Assembly (NCBI GenBank): GCA_043584915.1
Contig: CP121319.1
Coordinates: 2,863,228 to 2,927,227, forward strand
Origin: Fluviicola sp.
GTDB lineage: Bacteria; Bacteroidota; Bacteroidia; Flavobacteriales_D; Crocinitomicaceae
DNA: 64,000 nt
Direction: 5' to 3'
Shown here: in pieces, positions 37,620 through 47,100 of the stretch
Position numbering within the stretch: the stretch's first letter is position 1
Layout of the letters: every line of letters begins with the position of its first letter
Translations under genes and position numbers: made by a program
Notes under the pieces: model-generated
Databases searched by the model: none
Told to the model about the DNA's origin: nothing
Seen by the model: the letters and a program-made list of their open reading frames with translations, nothing else

Positions 37620-38912
37620 ATGGTACGTCAAATCATCACAGATTTAGAATGGTTGCGCATGACCTTAATCGAGGTTATGACGGCATACGTTGAGCAACAA
37701 GATCAATACCAGGGAATCACATTACAAGCTCCGAAATTAAGTTCCGATAAAAACGATGCCTATGCACTGTTTCTCAATGAAAATGACCTTACTGATCAAG
37801 ATCGCTTTTTATTATGTGTTTCTCTAAGTCGTTATTTGGGTGATTTCTGGAAAATGCTCTTTTTGGAGAAAAATCCCTTTGGAATTCATGTTGAGAACGA
37901 ATTCGCTTATCCGACATTTACAACGGTTGTAGCAATTCTGGCTGGAAATGATTTGGGAAAACGCTTAGAAGTACTGGAAGTATTAAAATCTGATGCCGTG
38001 CTTTTTAGCAAGCAAGTGGTTGACATTGATCAAAAGGAACCCGGACAAGATATGATGGCGTGCCGTTTGAAGGTACATGCCAATTGGCGAGAACTATTTC
38101 TTTGGAATCGACACGAGCTGCCACGATATAGCATGGAATTTCCAGCAGAGCAACTCACCACCGATTTGGACTGGGAAGAGTTAATCTTAGAGCCTTTTCC
38201 GATGTCAAAACTCGAAGAGATCAGTGATTGGATGGAGAATCGTGACGAATTGGCGAATGTTGTGAATGGTTCAGGGCACTTAAAACCAGGGTATCGCTGT
38301 TTGTTTTACGGACCATCTGGAACGGGGAAGTCACTTGCAGCGGCACTTTTAGGGAAACGATTTGGGATTCCAGTCTTTCGTATTGATCTCAGTAATTTGG
38401 TCAGTAAATACGTTGGGGAAACCTCTAAAAACCTAAAGCGAATTTTTGATTTAGCGGAAGATAAAAACTGGATTCTTTTCTTCGATGAGGGAGATGCCAT
38501 CTTTGGAAAACGTGTCGATACGAGTCAAACAGACAACAAAACAGCAAGTTATGCCAATCAGGATATTGCTTTCTTATTGCAGCGCATTGAACGTTTTAAT
38601 GGTTTGGTTCTTGTAGCCACCAACATGCGTAAGAACATGGATGCGGCATTTTCACGTCGATTTGAGAACATCATTCACTTCAACATTCCTACACCTGAAA
38701 AGGCCATGGAAATTTGGGGCGAGTATTTGCCGAAGCATATTCAAATTAACAACGAAGCACAGATACAACGATTAATTGCGGAGAATCGATTGTCGTTGGC
38801 TTCACTCTACAATGTCATGCACCGTTTGACATTGATGAGCATCTCCAAAAAACAAAACGAATTCAAACTGGCCGACATCACGAAATTGATGGGCGAAGAA
38901 AAAATGAAATGA
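37620..38912 (+). CDS. Intact AAA+ ATPase, paralog of the eCIS Afp15-like ATPase (430 aa)
   Basis: Walker A (FYGPSGTGKS), Walker B (ILFFDEGDAIFGKR), LVLVATN and SRRF. Its N-domain is collinear with that of the broken gene at 8174-9069. Confidence 0.85.
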   Translation: MVRQIITDLEWLRMTLIEVMTAYVEQQDQYQGITLQAPKLSSDKNDAYALFLNENDLTDQDRFLLCVSLSRYLGDFWKMLFLEKNPFGIHVENEFAYPTFTTVVAILAGNDLGKRLEVLEVLKSDAVLFSKQVVDIDQKEPGQDMMACRLKVHANWRELFLWNRHELPRYSMEFPAEQLTTDLDWEELILEPFPMSKLEEISDWMENRDELANVVNGSGHLKPGYRCLFYGPSGTGKSLAAALLGKRFGIPVFRIDLSNLVSKYVGETSKNLKRIFDLAEDKNWILFFDEGDAIFGKRVDTSQTDNKTASYANQDIAFLLQRIERFNGLVLVATNMRKNMDAAFSRRFENIIHFNIPTPEKAMEIWGEYLPKHIQINNEAQIQRLIAENRLSLASLYNVMHRLTLMSISKKQNEFKLADITKLMGEEKMK

Positions 38913-39892
38913 GAAACTGGTTTTTACATATTGTTTTTGGAGTGTTGGCATTGCAGTTGCAGGCACAATGCTCCTGCGATAGCTTGGTTGCTGCTATTAA
39001 AGCGGAAGATACCATTGCTGTGAAGGAGTGTTTGGAAAGTGGTACTAATCCCAATTGTTGGGTGCTTCGCTATGAAAATGAACATGAGGAATTTTTTGGT
39101 AAGGGAGAAGATTATGTTTGGGAATGGATGGATCGCCCCATGGCATTTGCAATTCGAAAAAATAACATTGCGCTTGTCAAGCAACTGCACAAAGAAGGAG
39201 CCTCAGTGAACACTGGAAGTGTCCGTTTGCTCGACACGCTTGGAACACCAAGGTTTATGCTATATCGGGTACCCTTAATGCTTGCTGATAGTATCATCAA
39301 ACTTGAGGAAGATAGTACAGTTTATAATTATCTGGTTGCGCACGGTGCTGTTTCGCACAGAACTCAGTTTAGGAGGGGGGAAATGATTGAAAAATTATTT
39401 TTCTCGGATGTAGTAAGCGAACCCTATTATATGAACTCATTGGATTCACTTAAAAGCTTCAATAAATTACTTCTGGAATACGGGGATGCCATTATTTTCC
39501 CTCAAGAACCAACAGTATTAGCAGCTGCATTTAGTAGCAATGTTCCATCCTTACAAAAATGGATTTTGGCAAATAGAGATTACCGATTATTGCAAGGTAA
39601 GTCCCTCTACCGATTGAATCAAACTTTCGATGTATGGAAACTTGCCTTATATGGAGAATATTTATCGGCGCGTTCTATTTCCTTTTATAAGTTGCATTTT
39701 GGTTTAACCGAGGAATCGATTGAAAGGGATATGTCAATAATTAAAAGCAGACACGAATATGTGTACGAGTACCTGCAATTGGAGAAGGAACTACAAGACC
39801 CCAATGTCCGAAAACGAGAAAAGAAGGAGAATAAGCTGTACCGAATTGGACTGGTAATAAGTATGGAAAATGATTTCCCCGATCGATTATAA
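38909..39892 (+). CDS. Ankyrin-repeat paralog 1 (327 aa), N-terminal leader
   Basis: ATGA overlap with the ATPase stop. Leader plus QCSCDSLVAAIKAEDTIAVKECLESGTNPNC (ANK-like), and a basic tail. Confidence 0.75.
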   Translation: MRNWFLHIVFGVLALQLQAQCSCDSLVAAIKAEDTIAVKECLESGTNPNCWVLRYENEHEEFFGKGEDYVWEWMDRPMAFAIRKNNIALVKQLHKEGASVNTGSVRLLDTLGTPRFMLYRVPLMLADSIIKLEEDSTVYNYLVAHGAVSHRTQFRRGEMIEKLFFSDVVSEPYYMNSLDSLKSFNKLLLEYGDAIIFPQEPTVLAAAFSSNVPSLQKWILANRDYRLLQGKSLYRLNQTFDVWKLALYGEYLSARSISFYKLHFGLTEESIERDMSIIKSRHEYVYEYLQLEKELQDPNVRKREKKENKLYRIGLVISMENDFPDRL

Positions 39893-39900
39893 TTGAAGAA

Positions 39901-40959
39901 ATGAATCATGTAGTTTTCAGTATAGCATTTTTAGTATTTACGTTTCAATTGAATGCGCAATGTTCGTGCGACAGCTTGGTAGCTGCCATTGAAGTGGGAG
40001 ATTCTGCTACTGTGCGCAATTGTTTGGATTCAGGAACAGATCCCAATTGTACGATGAGTGAATTTCGGGAAGACTCCACCAATACCTTCGACGAAAATCA
40101 AAATGTAATTACAGTTGCCGTAACCTATCATTGGCGCATAACACCTTTAACAACTGCTCTTCACGAAGATAATTTGGACATAGTGCAATTGCTTCTGGAT
40201 GCAGGAGCCTCACCCAATACACCCGAAGTTTGCCTGGAGGAAGTGAATTATGGCGAAACAATAAACCTTCGTCTTACTCCACTTAAGATAGCGAAGAACA
40301 TGACCCAAGCGGATGAAGTCACAGCTCTCTTACTTGCCAATGGCGCTCTTACGGAAGAGGAATTAGAGGCAAGAGGGTTTCGTATTCAACTTTTGTCTAG
40401 TTATTACGATGATGACTATTTCCCTTGTAAAGATTCTATAACGAAATTACATGAATTGATTGAAACCTGGAGTCTTGAAATGATTATAGAAGATGAAATT
40501 CTTACGGAAAGAGCATTGGCAAATAACGATATGATTTTATTCGATTTTTTAGTTAATCAATATTCTGTTTCCTTGGACCGAAGGGCAAGCGGATATGTAA
40601 CCGTCGGAATGGGTATGTTCAAGCGAACAATATACAAAGAAGGCTACTCTCCCATCGGTTCGGTCTATTTCGGAGATAAAATGACTATTGAGATGATTGA
40701 TCTCCTTAAAAGTAACGGTGGTTTCGCAAAAGGAGAATTTGAAAAATATATTCTTAGAAAATCTGGTAATGACAATTGGGATGATAAAAAAGTACGCAAA
40801 TATTATCTTCTTGAACAAAAGCTAGAAGCTGATAAAGAGTTGAGCGAAAAAAAGAAACTGAAATACGAAAAAAAAATGCAAAAACTTTATGATCAGTTAG
40901 AAGCAAAGAATGGAATTAAAGCACGATTAGAAAATGATTTTAGCGAGGGGTGTCGCTAG
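39901..40959 (+). CDS. Ankyrin-repeat paralog 2 (352 aa)
   Basis: CSCDSLVAAIEVGDSATVRNCLDSGTDPNC and TPLTTALHEDNLDIVQLLLDAGASPNT (ANK consensus). The N-terminal half is nearly identical to paralog 3. Confidence 0.8.
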   Translation: MNHVVFSIAFLVFTFQLNAQCSCDSLVAAIEVGDSATVRNCLDSGTDPNCTMSEFREDSTNTFDENQNVITVAVTYHWRITPLTTALHEDNLDIVQLLLDAGASPNTPEVCLEEVNYGETINLRLTPLKIAKNMTQADEVTALLLANGALTEEELEARGFRIQLLSSYYDDDYFPCKDSITKLHELIETWSLEMIIEDEILTERALANNDMILFDFLVNQYSVSLDRRASGYVTVGMGMFKRTIYKEGYSPIGSVYFGDKMTIEMIDLLKSNGGFAKGEFEKYILRKSGNDNWDDKKVRKYYLLEQKLEADKELSEKKKLKYEKKMQKLYDQLEAKNGIKARLENDFSEGCR

Positions 40960-40972
40960 ATAAATTCATATT

Positions 40973-42025
40973 ATGAAATACAGCATCATCATATTTTTTG
41001 TCGGATTCTGCGCTTTTTGGGGAGTCTCTCAATGTTCGTGCGATAGCTTGGTGGCTGCCATTGAAGTGGGAGATTCTGCTACTGTGCGCAGTTGTTTGGA
41101 TTCAGGTACAGATCCCAATTGTAAGACGAGTGAATTTCGGGAAGACTCCACCAATACCTTCGACGAAAATCAAAATGTAATTACAGTTGCCGTAACCTAT
41201 CATTGGCGCATAACACCTTTAACAACTGCTCTTCACGAAGATAATTTTGGCATAGTGCAATTGCTTCTGGATGCAGGAGCCTCAACCAATACGCCCGAAG
41301 TTTGCTTGGAGGAAGTGAATTATGGCGAAACAATTAACCTTCGTCTTACTCCACTTAAGATAGCGAAGAACATGGCCCAAGCAGATGAAGTCACAGCTCT
41401 CTTACTTGCCAATGGCGCTCTTACGGAGAGAGAGTTAGAGAGAAGGGGAGATAGGATGGCAAAATTATCCATGTGCTATGATAATGGATCATTTCCTTGC
41501 AGAGATTCTATATTGAAATTGCACGAACTAATAGACTTATGGCAAGGTATGGTCTATTTGGATGAAGAATTTATGATTAGTCATGCGCTTAGAAGTAATG
41601 ATATTCTCCTTTTGAGGTACTTAGTTGATGTTCATCATGTTTCTTTAAAAGAGCGTCCAGAGAGATACGTGACTGTTGGGATGGGAATGTTCCGACGGAC
41701 GTTAAAAGAAGAAAGGTTTGCTCCGTTTGGGTCGTTGGTCGCCGGTAATAAATTAACAGTCTCATCAATACTCTATTTAGAAACTCAAAGGAGCATTACT
41801 GATGAACAGATTTACAATACTTTCCTTCAATACAGAAGCAAATATAAAGACAGGCGTAAAGTTGCCAAATACTTTAAGATGGAGAGAAAATACAAGGATG
41901 TTGATATGAAGTCTTCCAAGAAGGAAAGAGTAAAGAAAAAAATGCAAAAACTTTATCATCAGTTAGAAGCAAAGAATGGAATTAAAGCACGATTAGAAAA
42001 TGATTTTAGCGAGGGATGTCGCTAG
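40973..42025 (+). CDS. Ankyrin-repeat paralog 3 (350 aa)
   Basis: Same ANK module as paralog 2, the same leader as paralog 4, and the same tail as paralog 2 (KMQKLY.QLEAKNGIKARLENDFSEGCR). Confidence 0.8.
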   Translation: MKYSIIIFFVGFCAFWGVSQCSCDSLVAAIEVGDSATVRSCLDSGTDPNCKTSEFREDSTNTFDENQNVITVAVTYHWRITPLTTALHEDNFGIVQLLLDAGASTNTPEVCLEEVNYGETINLRLTPLKIAKNMAQADEVTALLLANGALTERELERRGDRMAKLSMCYDNGSFPCRDSILKLHELIDLWQGMVYLDEEFMISHALRSNDILLLRYLVDVHHVSLKERPERYVTVGMGMFRRTLKEERFAPFGSLVAGNKLTVSSILYLETQRSITDEQIYNTFLQYRSKYKDRRKVAKYFKMERKYKDVDMKSSKKERVKKKMQKLYHQLEAKNGIKARLENDFSEGCR

Positions 42026-42038
42026 ATAAATTCACATT

Positions 42039-43100
42039 ATGAAATACAGCATCATCATATTTTTTGTCGGATTCTGCGCTTTTTGGGGAGTCTCTCAATG
42101 CTCCTGCGATAGCTTGGTGGCTGCTATTAAAGCAGAAGACTCTGCTACTGTGCGCAGTTGTTTGGAGAGTGGTACTGATCCCAATTGTGAGGTCATTGAT
42201 TTGGCTTATCAAGACCAAAAAATTATGCGCGATGATACTTCGATGGATACCATTCAACTCATTCTGAAATGGCAAAAGCGCCCCATTGTATTCGCTTTAA
42301 CAAAGGATCCAAACCTGTTGCGTATACTATTGGATGCAGGTGCTTCTCCCAATACGGGATCTTATTGCTACCGAGAATTGCACTTTGACGAGTACCGACA
42401 ATATGAACTTCCACCAATGGAATTGATCGATTCTGCATCCCACCCAAATGCATTTAGAATGTTGATAAAGTATGGCGGTTTGACAGAAAAGCAATTGAAA
42501 GCCAGAGGAAGACGTATCGTAAAGTTGAGTACGTATTACAAGGGGTGGGGCGCTTGCTCTGATTCCATTCAGTTAATGCATAGACTTTTAGAAGTCTATG
42601 GAGAGTCTGTTCTTTTCAAGTCCAATAGAAATTTTCTTGATAGAATGATCTACAATAATGATATTGTGACGACAAATTATCTTCTGACTGTAAAGGAGGT
42701 AACTTTGAAAGAAGATAATGGAGATTACTTCTCGAGCGGAGCTATTTTACCAAGAGGAGTCGAAATCCCCGACTTTTCTCCTGTAGGTGCGATCATATCG
42801 AGTGATTATTTGACAATCTCTACCTTACTCTTGCTTTTAAAGCATAGCCCTGAACATTTTGAACAGCCACTAAAAGATAATATTGCTTATCGAGAGTTTA
42901 CGCGAAGAAAGGCAACAAAGCAAGCGCAAAAATATTTCACCATGTTTTTCGAAATCGAGGAGAACAAATCACTTTCAAAAAAGGAAATACAACGCATGGA
43001 AAAACGCATGCAACGCATTTACAACAAATTAGAAAAGAAAAATAGCATAGAAGCGCGCCTACAAAGCAAAGCAATGGATTGCGAACGAAGCAGGCGCTAA
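42039..43100 (+). CDS. Ankyrin-repeat paralog 4 (353 aa)
   Basis: Leader identical to paralog 3. Residues ~24-170 and the tail (FTMFFEIEENKSLSKKEIQRMEKRMQRIYNKLEKKNSIEAR) are nearly identical to paralog 5. Confidence 0.8.
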   Translation: MKYSIIIFFVGFCAFWGVSQCSCDSLVAAIKAEDSATVRSCLESGTDPNCEVIDLAYQDQKIMRDDTSMDTIQLILKWQKRPIVFALTKDPNLLRILLDAGASPNTGSYCYRELHFDEYRQYELPPMELIDSASHPNAFRMLIKYGGLTEKQLKARGRRIVKLSTYYKGWGACSDSIQLMHRLLEVYGESVLFKSNRNFLDRMIYNNDIVTTNYLLTVKEVTLKEDNGDYFSSGAILPRGVEIPDFSPVGAIISSDYLTISTLLLLLKHSPEHFEQPLKDNIAYREFTRRKATKQAQKYFTMFFEIEENKSLSKKEIQRMEKRMQRIYNKLEKKNSIEARLQSKAMDCERSRR

Positions 43101-43110
43101 CAGAAAAACA

Positions 43111-44178
43111 ATGAACAGTTTAAAACAGATTTATTTAGTGGCTCTTTTTATGGGAGTATTCACGCAAGTGCAAGCAAAATGCTCCTGCGATAGCTTGGTT
43201 GCTGCTATTAAAGCAGAAGACTCTGCTACTGTGCGCAATTGTTTGGATTCAGGAACAGATCCCAATTGTGAGGTCATTGAATTGGCTTATCAAGACCAAA
43301 AAATTATGCGCGATGATACTTCGATGGATACCATTCAACTCATTCTGAAATGGCAAAAGCGCCCCATTGTATTCGCTTTAACAAAGGATCCAAACCTGTT
43401 GCGTATACTATTGGATGCAGGTGCTTCTCCCAATACGGGATCTTATTGCTACCGAGAATTGCACTTTGACGAGTACCGACAATATGAACTTCCACCAATG
43501 GAATTGATCGATTCTGCATCCCACCCAAATGCATATAGAATGTTGATAAAGTATGGCGGTTTGACAGAAAAGCAATTGAAAGCTAGGGGAAGACGAATAG
43601 GGAAATTAAGCACCTATTATACAGGGTATGGAGCATGTGCAGATTCGATTCTCTTGTTGCATGCATTTTTGGATAAATATCAAGGAGAATTTATTCATAG
43701 ATCGAATAGGGTTTTAATCAAAAGAGCTTTGTTTCGAAACGATATTGTTTTTATTGAACAATTACTAAAGGTTAAAAATATCAGTCTCAAAGAAGAAGAA
43801 GGTAAGTACTTCTCCAGTGGAGCTATTCTACCGAGAGGGTATCAGGAGTTGGATTATTCTCCAATAAGCTCAATTACGGCAAGCGATTTTGTTACAATTT
43901 CTACGATTCTTTTAATGTTAGAATATCAGCCGGAAGTTATGGTTGATGCGATTAAAGAAGAAATTGTGGACGATCCTTATGGTAAGGGAAACTTCAAAAA
44001 AGTTAAAAAGTATTTCACCATGTTTTTCGAAATCGAGGAGAACAAATCACTTTCAAAAAAGGAAATACAACGCATGGAAAAACGCATGCAACGCATTTAC
44101 AACAAATTAGAAAAGAAAAATAGCATTGAAGCCCGAATGAATAGCAAAGCAATGGATTGCGAACGGAGTAGGCGCTAA
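43111..44178 (+). CDS. Ankyrin-repeat paralog 5 (355 aa)
   Basis: As for paralog 4. The central ~130 aa diverge. Confidence 0.8.
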   Translation: MNSLKQIYLVALFMGVFTQVQAKCSCDSLVAAIKAEDSATVRNCLDSGTDPNCEVIELAYQDQKIMRDDTSMDTIQLILKWQKRPIVFALTKDPNLLRILLDAGASPNTGSYCYRELHFDEYRQYELPPMELIDSASHPNAYRMLIKYGGLTEKQLKARGRRIGKLSTYYTGYGACADSILLLHAFLDKYQGEFIHRSNRVLIKRALFRNDIVFIEQLLKVKNISLKEEEGKYFSSGAILPRGYQELDYSPISSITASDFVTISTILLMLEYQPEVMVDAIKEEIVDDPYGKGNFKKVKKYFTMFFEIEENKSLSKKEIQRMEKRMQRIYNKLEKKNSIEARMNSKAMDCERSRR

Positions 44179-44196
44179 CGTACTAAAAACAATATT

Positions 44197-47100
44197 ATGA
44201 CCACTTTTCAAAAACTGCAATTGCGGACAGTTAGTGCTGCCAATGCCTCAACATCTATCAAACCTCTTTCTTTGAACGAATTGGTAAATTCACTGAGGTC
44301 AATGGCGCCGGGCGTTATGGAGAATTCTTTTGATACAGACCCAAGGGAGTTAACTGCGGATGAATTTGCAAGCTATGAGCAAAAGGTTGCTCACGTTCTT
44401 GAGTTAATGAATGGAATAAAGCCAAAAAACAAATATAAGTTTACTCAGGATAAAAAACGGTTTCAAAAACAAAGGAAGCGAGTTCTTGCTGCATTTGAGG
44501 TGCTCCAGAATATGAGCTTTAAAGAGCAAGACCATTTTGCTTCACATTACACAGAAGTTTTTGACGATGTCATTGGCAGTTTAGTATTAGAGGATTATCA
44601 AAAGTTCGATGCGGGCTTAATCCCAGGGGTTACTTATGAATTACTGGTCAATGGAGAAAGAAACCCATTATTGGTAATTCTGGATACGCCAAAATATTAC
44701 GCGGAGGATGTGGAAGTCATTGAAATGGCTTTATTGCTTTGTTCTCTCGTACAAGTCGAGGAGTCTGATACTACAACAGAAGGAACTAAGAAGAAAGCGT
44801 TCCAAGAAGCCGTTAAGGGAATTTTAAACAATCATAATCGTACTGAAGGACTAACGAAAGTAATCGAAGAGGAGGTGCCTGAAACAGATTACAAACTGTT
44901 TATCTGGCAAATGTTAAAACTGTTAAAGAATGCACGAGATTCAGGAGGCAATGTAAATACCAGAGCAATAACGGCGGGAATGAAATTTATTGGAAGAGGA
45001 GGTTTTTCCAAAGAATTGATTCTAGAACATATATCACTTGCCGATTTTCAAAGAAATAAAAGTGATGGTGGGCATGTATACGGGCTTCAGTTTGATGATA
45101 GTGATGTGAGCATCTATGCCGATTTAAAGGACGGGTATAAGGACCATGCGAAAGAGAATGGTTTAGAGAATGAAAGTGGAATAGATGGGGCATTCATTCG
45201 TGTAAAGGGTGAAAGTATTCCCATCTTAGGCATGGATTATATAACAAGTAATATGAGTGCCCATTTTGATGCTGGAGCATTCACGAAGGTCGAATTAGTG
45301 ATGACCTGGGATACCAAAAAAACCAGTGATGATGTGGGGGGGCGGAAGGAGCCTATTCAAGCCAATATTGATTTGAACAATGCAAATTTAACCTTAGATA
45401 ATGTTCTGTATCGTTCCCGATTTTTATCTAAAAAGCGCAAGGAAGATGGAACGTTAATAGAAAATGAGATGACCGAAGAACAGTATTCTGTTCTTATGGG
45501 AAACATTACTATTGAGAACCTCTCGATGAAAAACCTAACCATAACGGATGAATTAAGAAAATTTAAAAACAACTCAGAAGTTATTTATCGGTTAACAGAA
45601 GGAATTCAAGACCAACTGTACTTGTTAATCGATGTTATTTTGTCCATGGTTTCCCAAACCTCCCTTACACCAATGGACATCAAAGATTTTGAAAGTTTCA
45701 ATAACTCTGCCAAACGAACCATTCTTGGAGCAGATGGAGTAGAGTTGAAAATAGGGAAAGGAATGATCCGCAATTTTGTCGACTCTGAAGGAAAGGTTTT
45801 GGGCAATGTCCCATTGGATGGATTGACCATAAAACTGAACAGCCAGAAAGCCGAAGCGGAAGATTTCGATGTTGAACTTTGGAAGCAACAACAAGAACTC
45901 AAAGCACTCGAAGAAGATTTGGCGGAATTGTATAAAAAGAAAGCACGCTTTATTAAGAACCATGAAGGCGATTTTATCAGTAAATCAAAATATATAAACG
46001 AGTTTGATGAAACGAGAAAAAAGAGTACAATTGGAAAGTTGATAGGTGAAATTGACTCCTTGAATAATGAAATTTCGGAAAAAATCAACTCTCCAATTAC
46101 CTACACACTTTCCAGTAATGATCCCCTTGGTTTTTCTCGCGCATTTTACATCGATGAAATGCTTCGCAAAACCTTTCAGGAAAAATTAGGTCTATTTGGT
46201 TTGTACGACATTCAGGGGCTCAATGAATTTACTCTAACGCAAGGCATCGAAATGAATGGTTCTATTGGGTTGGATCGAATTTCTGATACAGTTCTTAAAA
46301 TCGATGAAATTGCCGTTCCTAAATTGTTTGATAGTGCCGTACACATGGATTTAGGCGCTTTACGAATTAATGGTAACGATGTTAATCTGTCTAATTTAAA
46401 AGGAGCGATTAGTCTAAAATGGTCGGAAGTTGCTCCCACAGGTAGAGGTGAGGTGAAATCTGAACTCCGTCCAATAAAAATCGCTTTAACGGGTGGGGAT
46501 ATGACGGTAAAAGACCTTGAATTGGTAGATACCACCAATAAAAAACCATCCTTTAAAATAGGAGGAATGGTCACCTTGGAGAATACACAAATGATCTTTC
46601 ACAGTGTGGGCGATTTTGAAGGTGAAAACAATTACAAAGACATTGAATTTAGCTGTACATCTATTGTTCTCGACAATGTTGCTCAATATCAACATGCCTT
46701 AAAGGATAATCCTGAAATAGAGAATTGGTTTGTTGCCCAAGATGGAGGTACGATCAGACTGTCAGGAATCAATGTCCGCAATAAAAAATCCAACGCTTTA
46801 GGTATTAATGCTGCAGGAAATAGTGTGACTTCGCAGGAGCTTGAAGTAAAAGCAACTTCTGGGGCCTTCGATAATTTATTAGTTGATGGGTTTTCCATTA
46901 ATTCGAACATCACAAAATTAAGAGCTGTAATTACAAATGAAACGGAAACGACTCCAGATAATCAGGTGATTCGATCAACAATGAAAACAGAACTGTATTT
47001 TGGTTTAAGTGAATTGTTTGTGCCAGACTTAACACGCGAAATGGAAGGAATTAGTCTTTCACATATACCATATGATTCCGACGATATTAAGAAAAAAATC

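Noticed and set aside
42259-43534. Two identical 64-aa antisense ORFs (42259-42453 and 43340-43534)
   Set aside because: Their identity only reflects the near-identical duplicated block shared by ankyrin paralogs 4 and 5. They are not independent genes.
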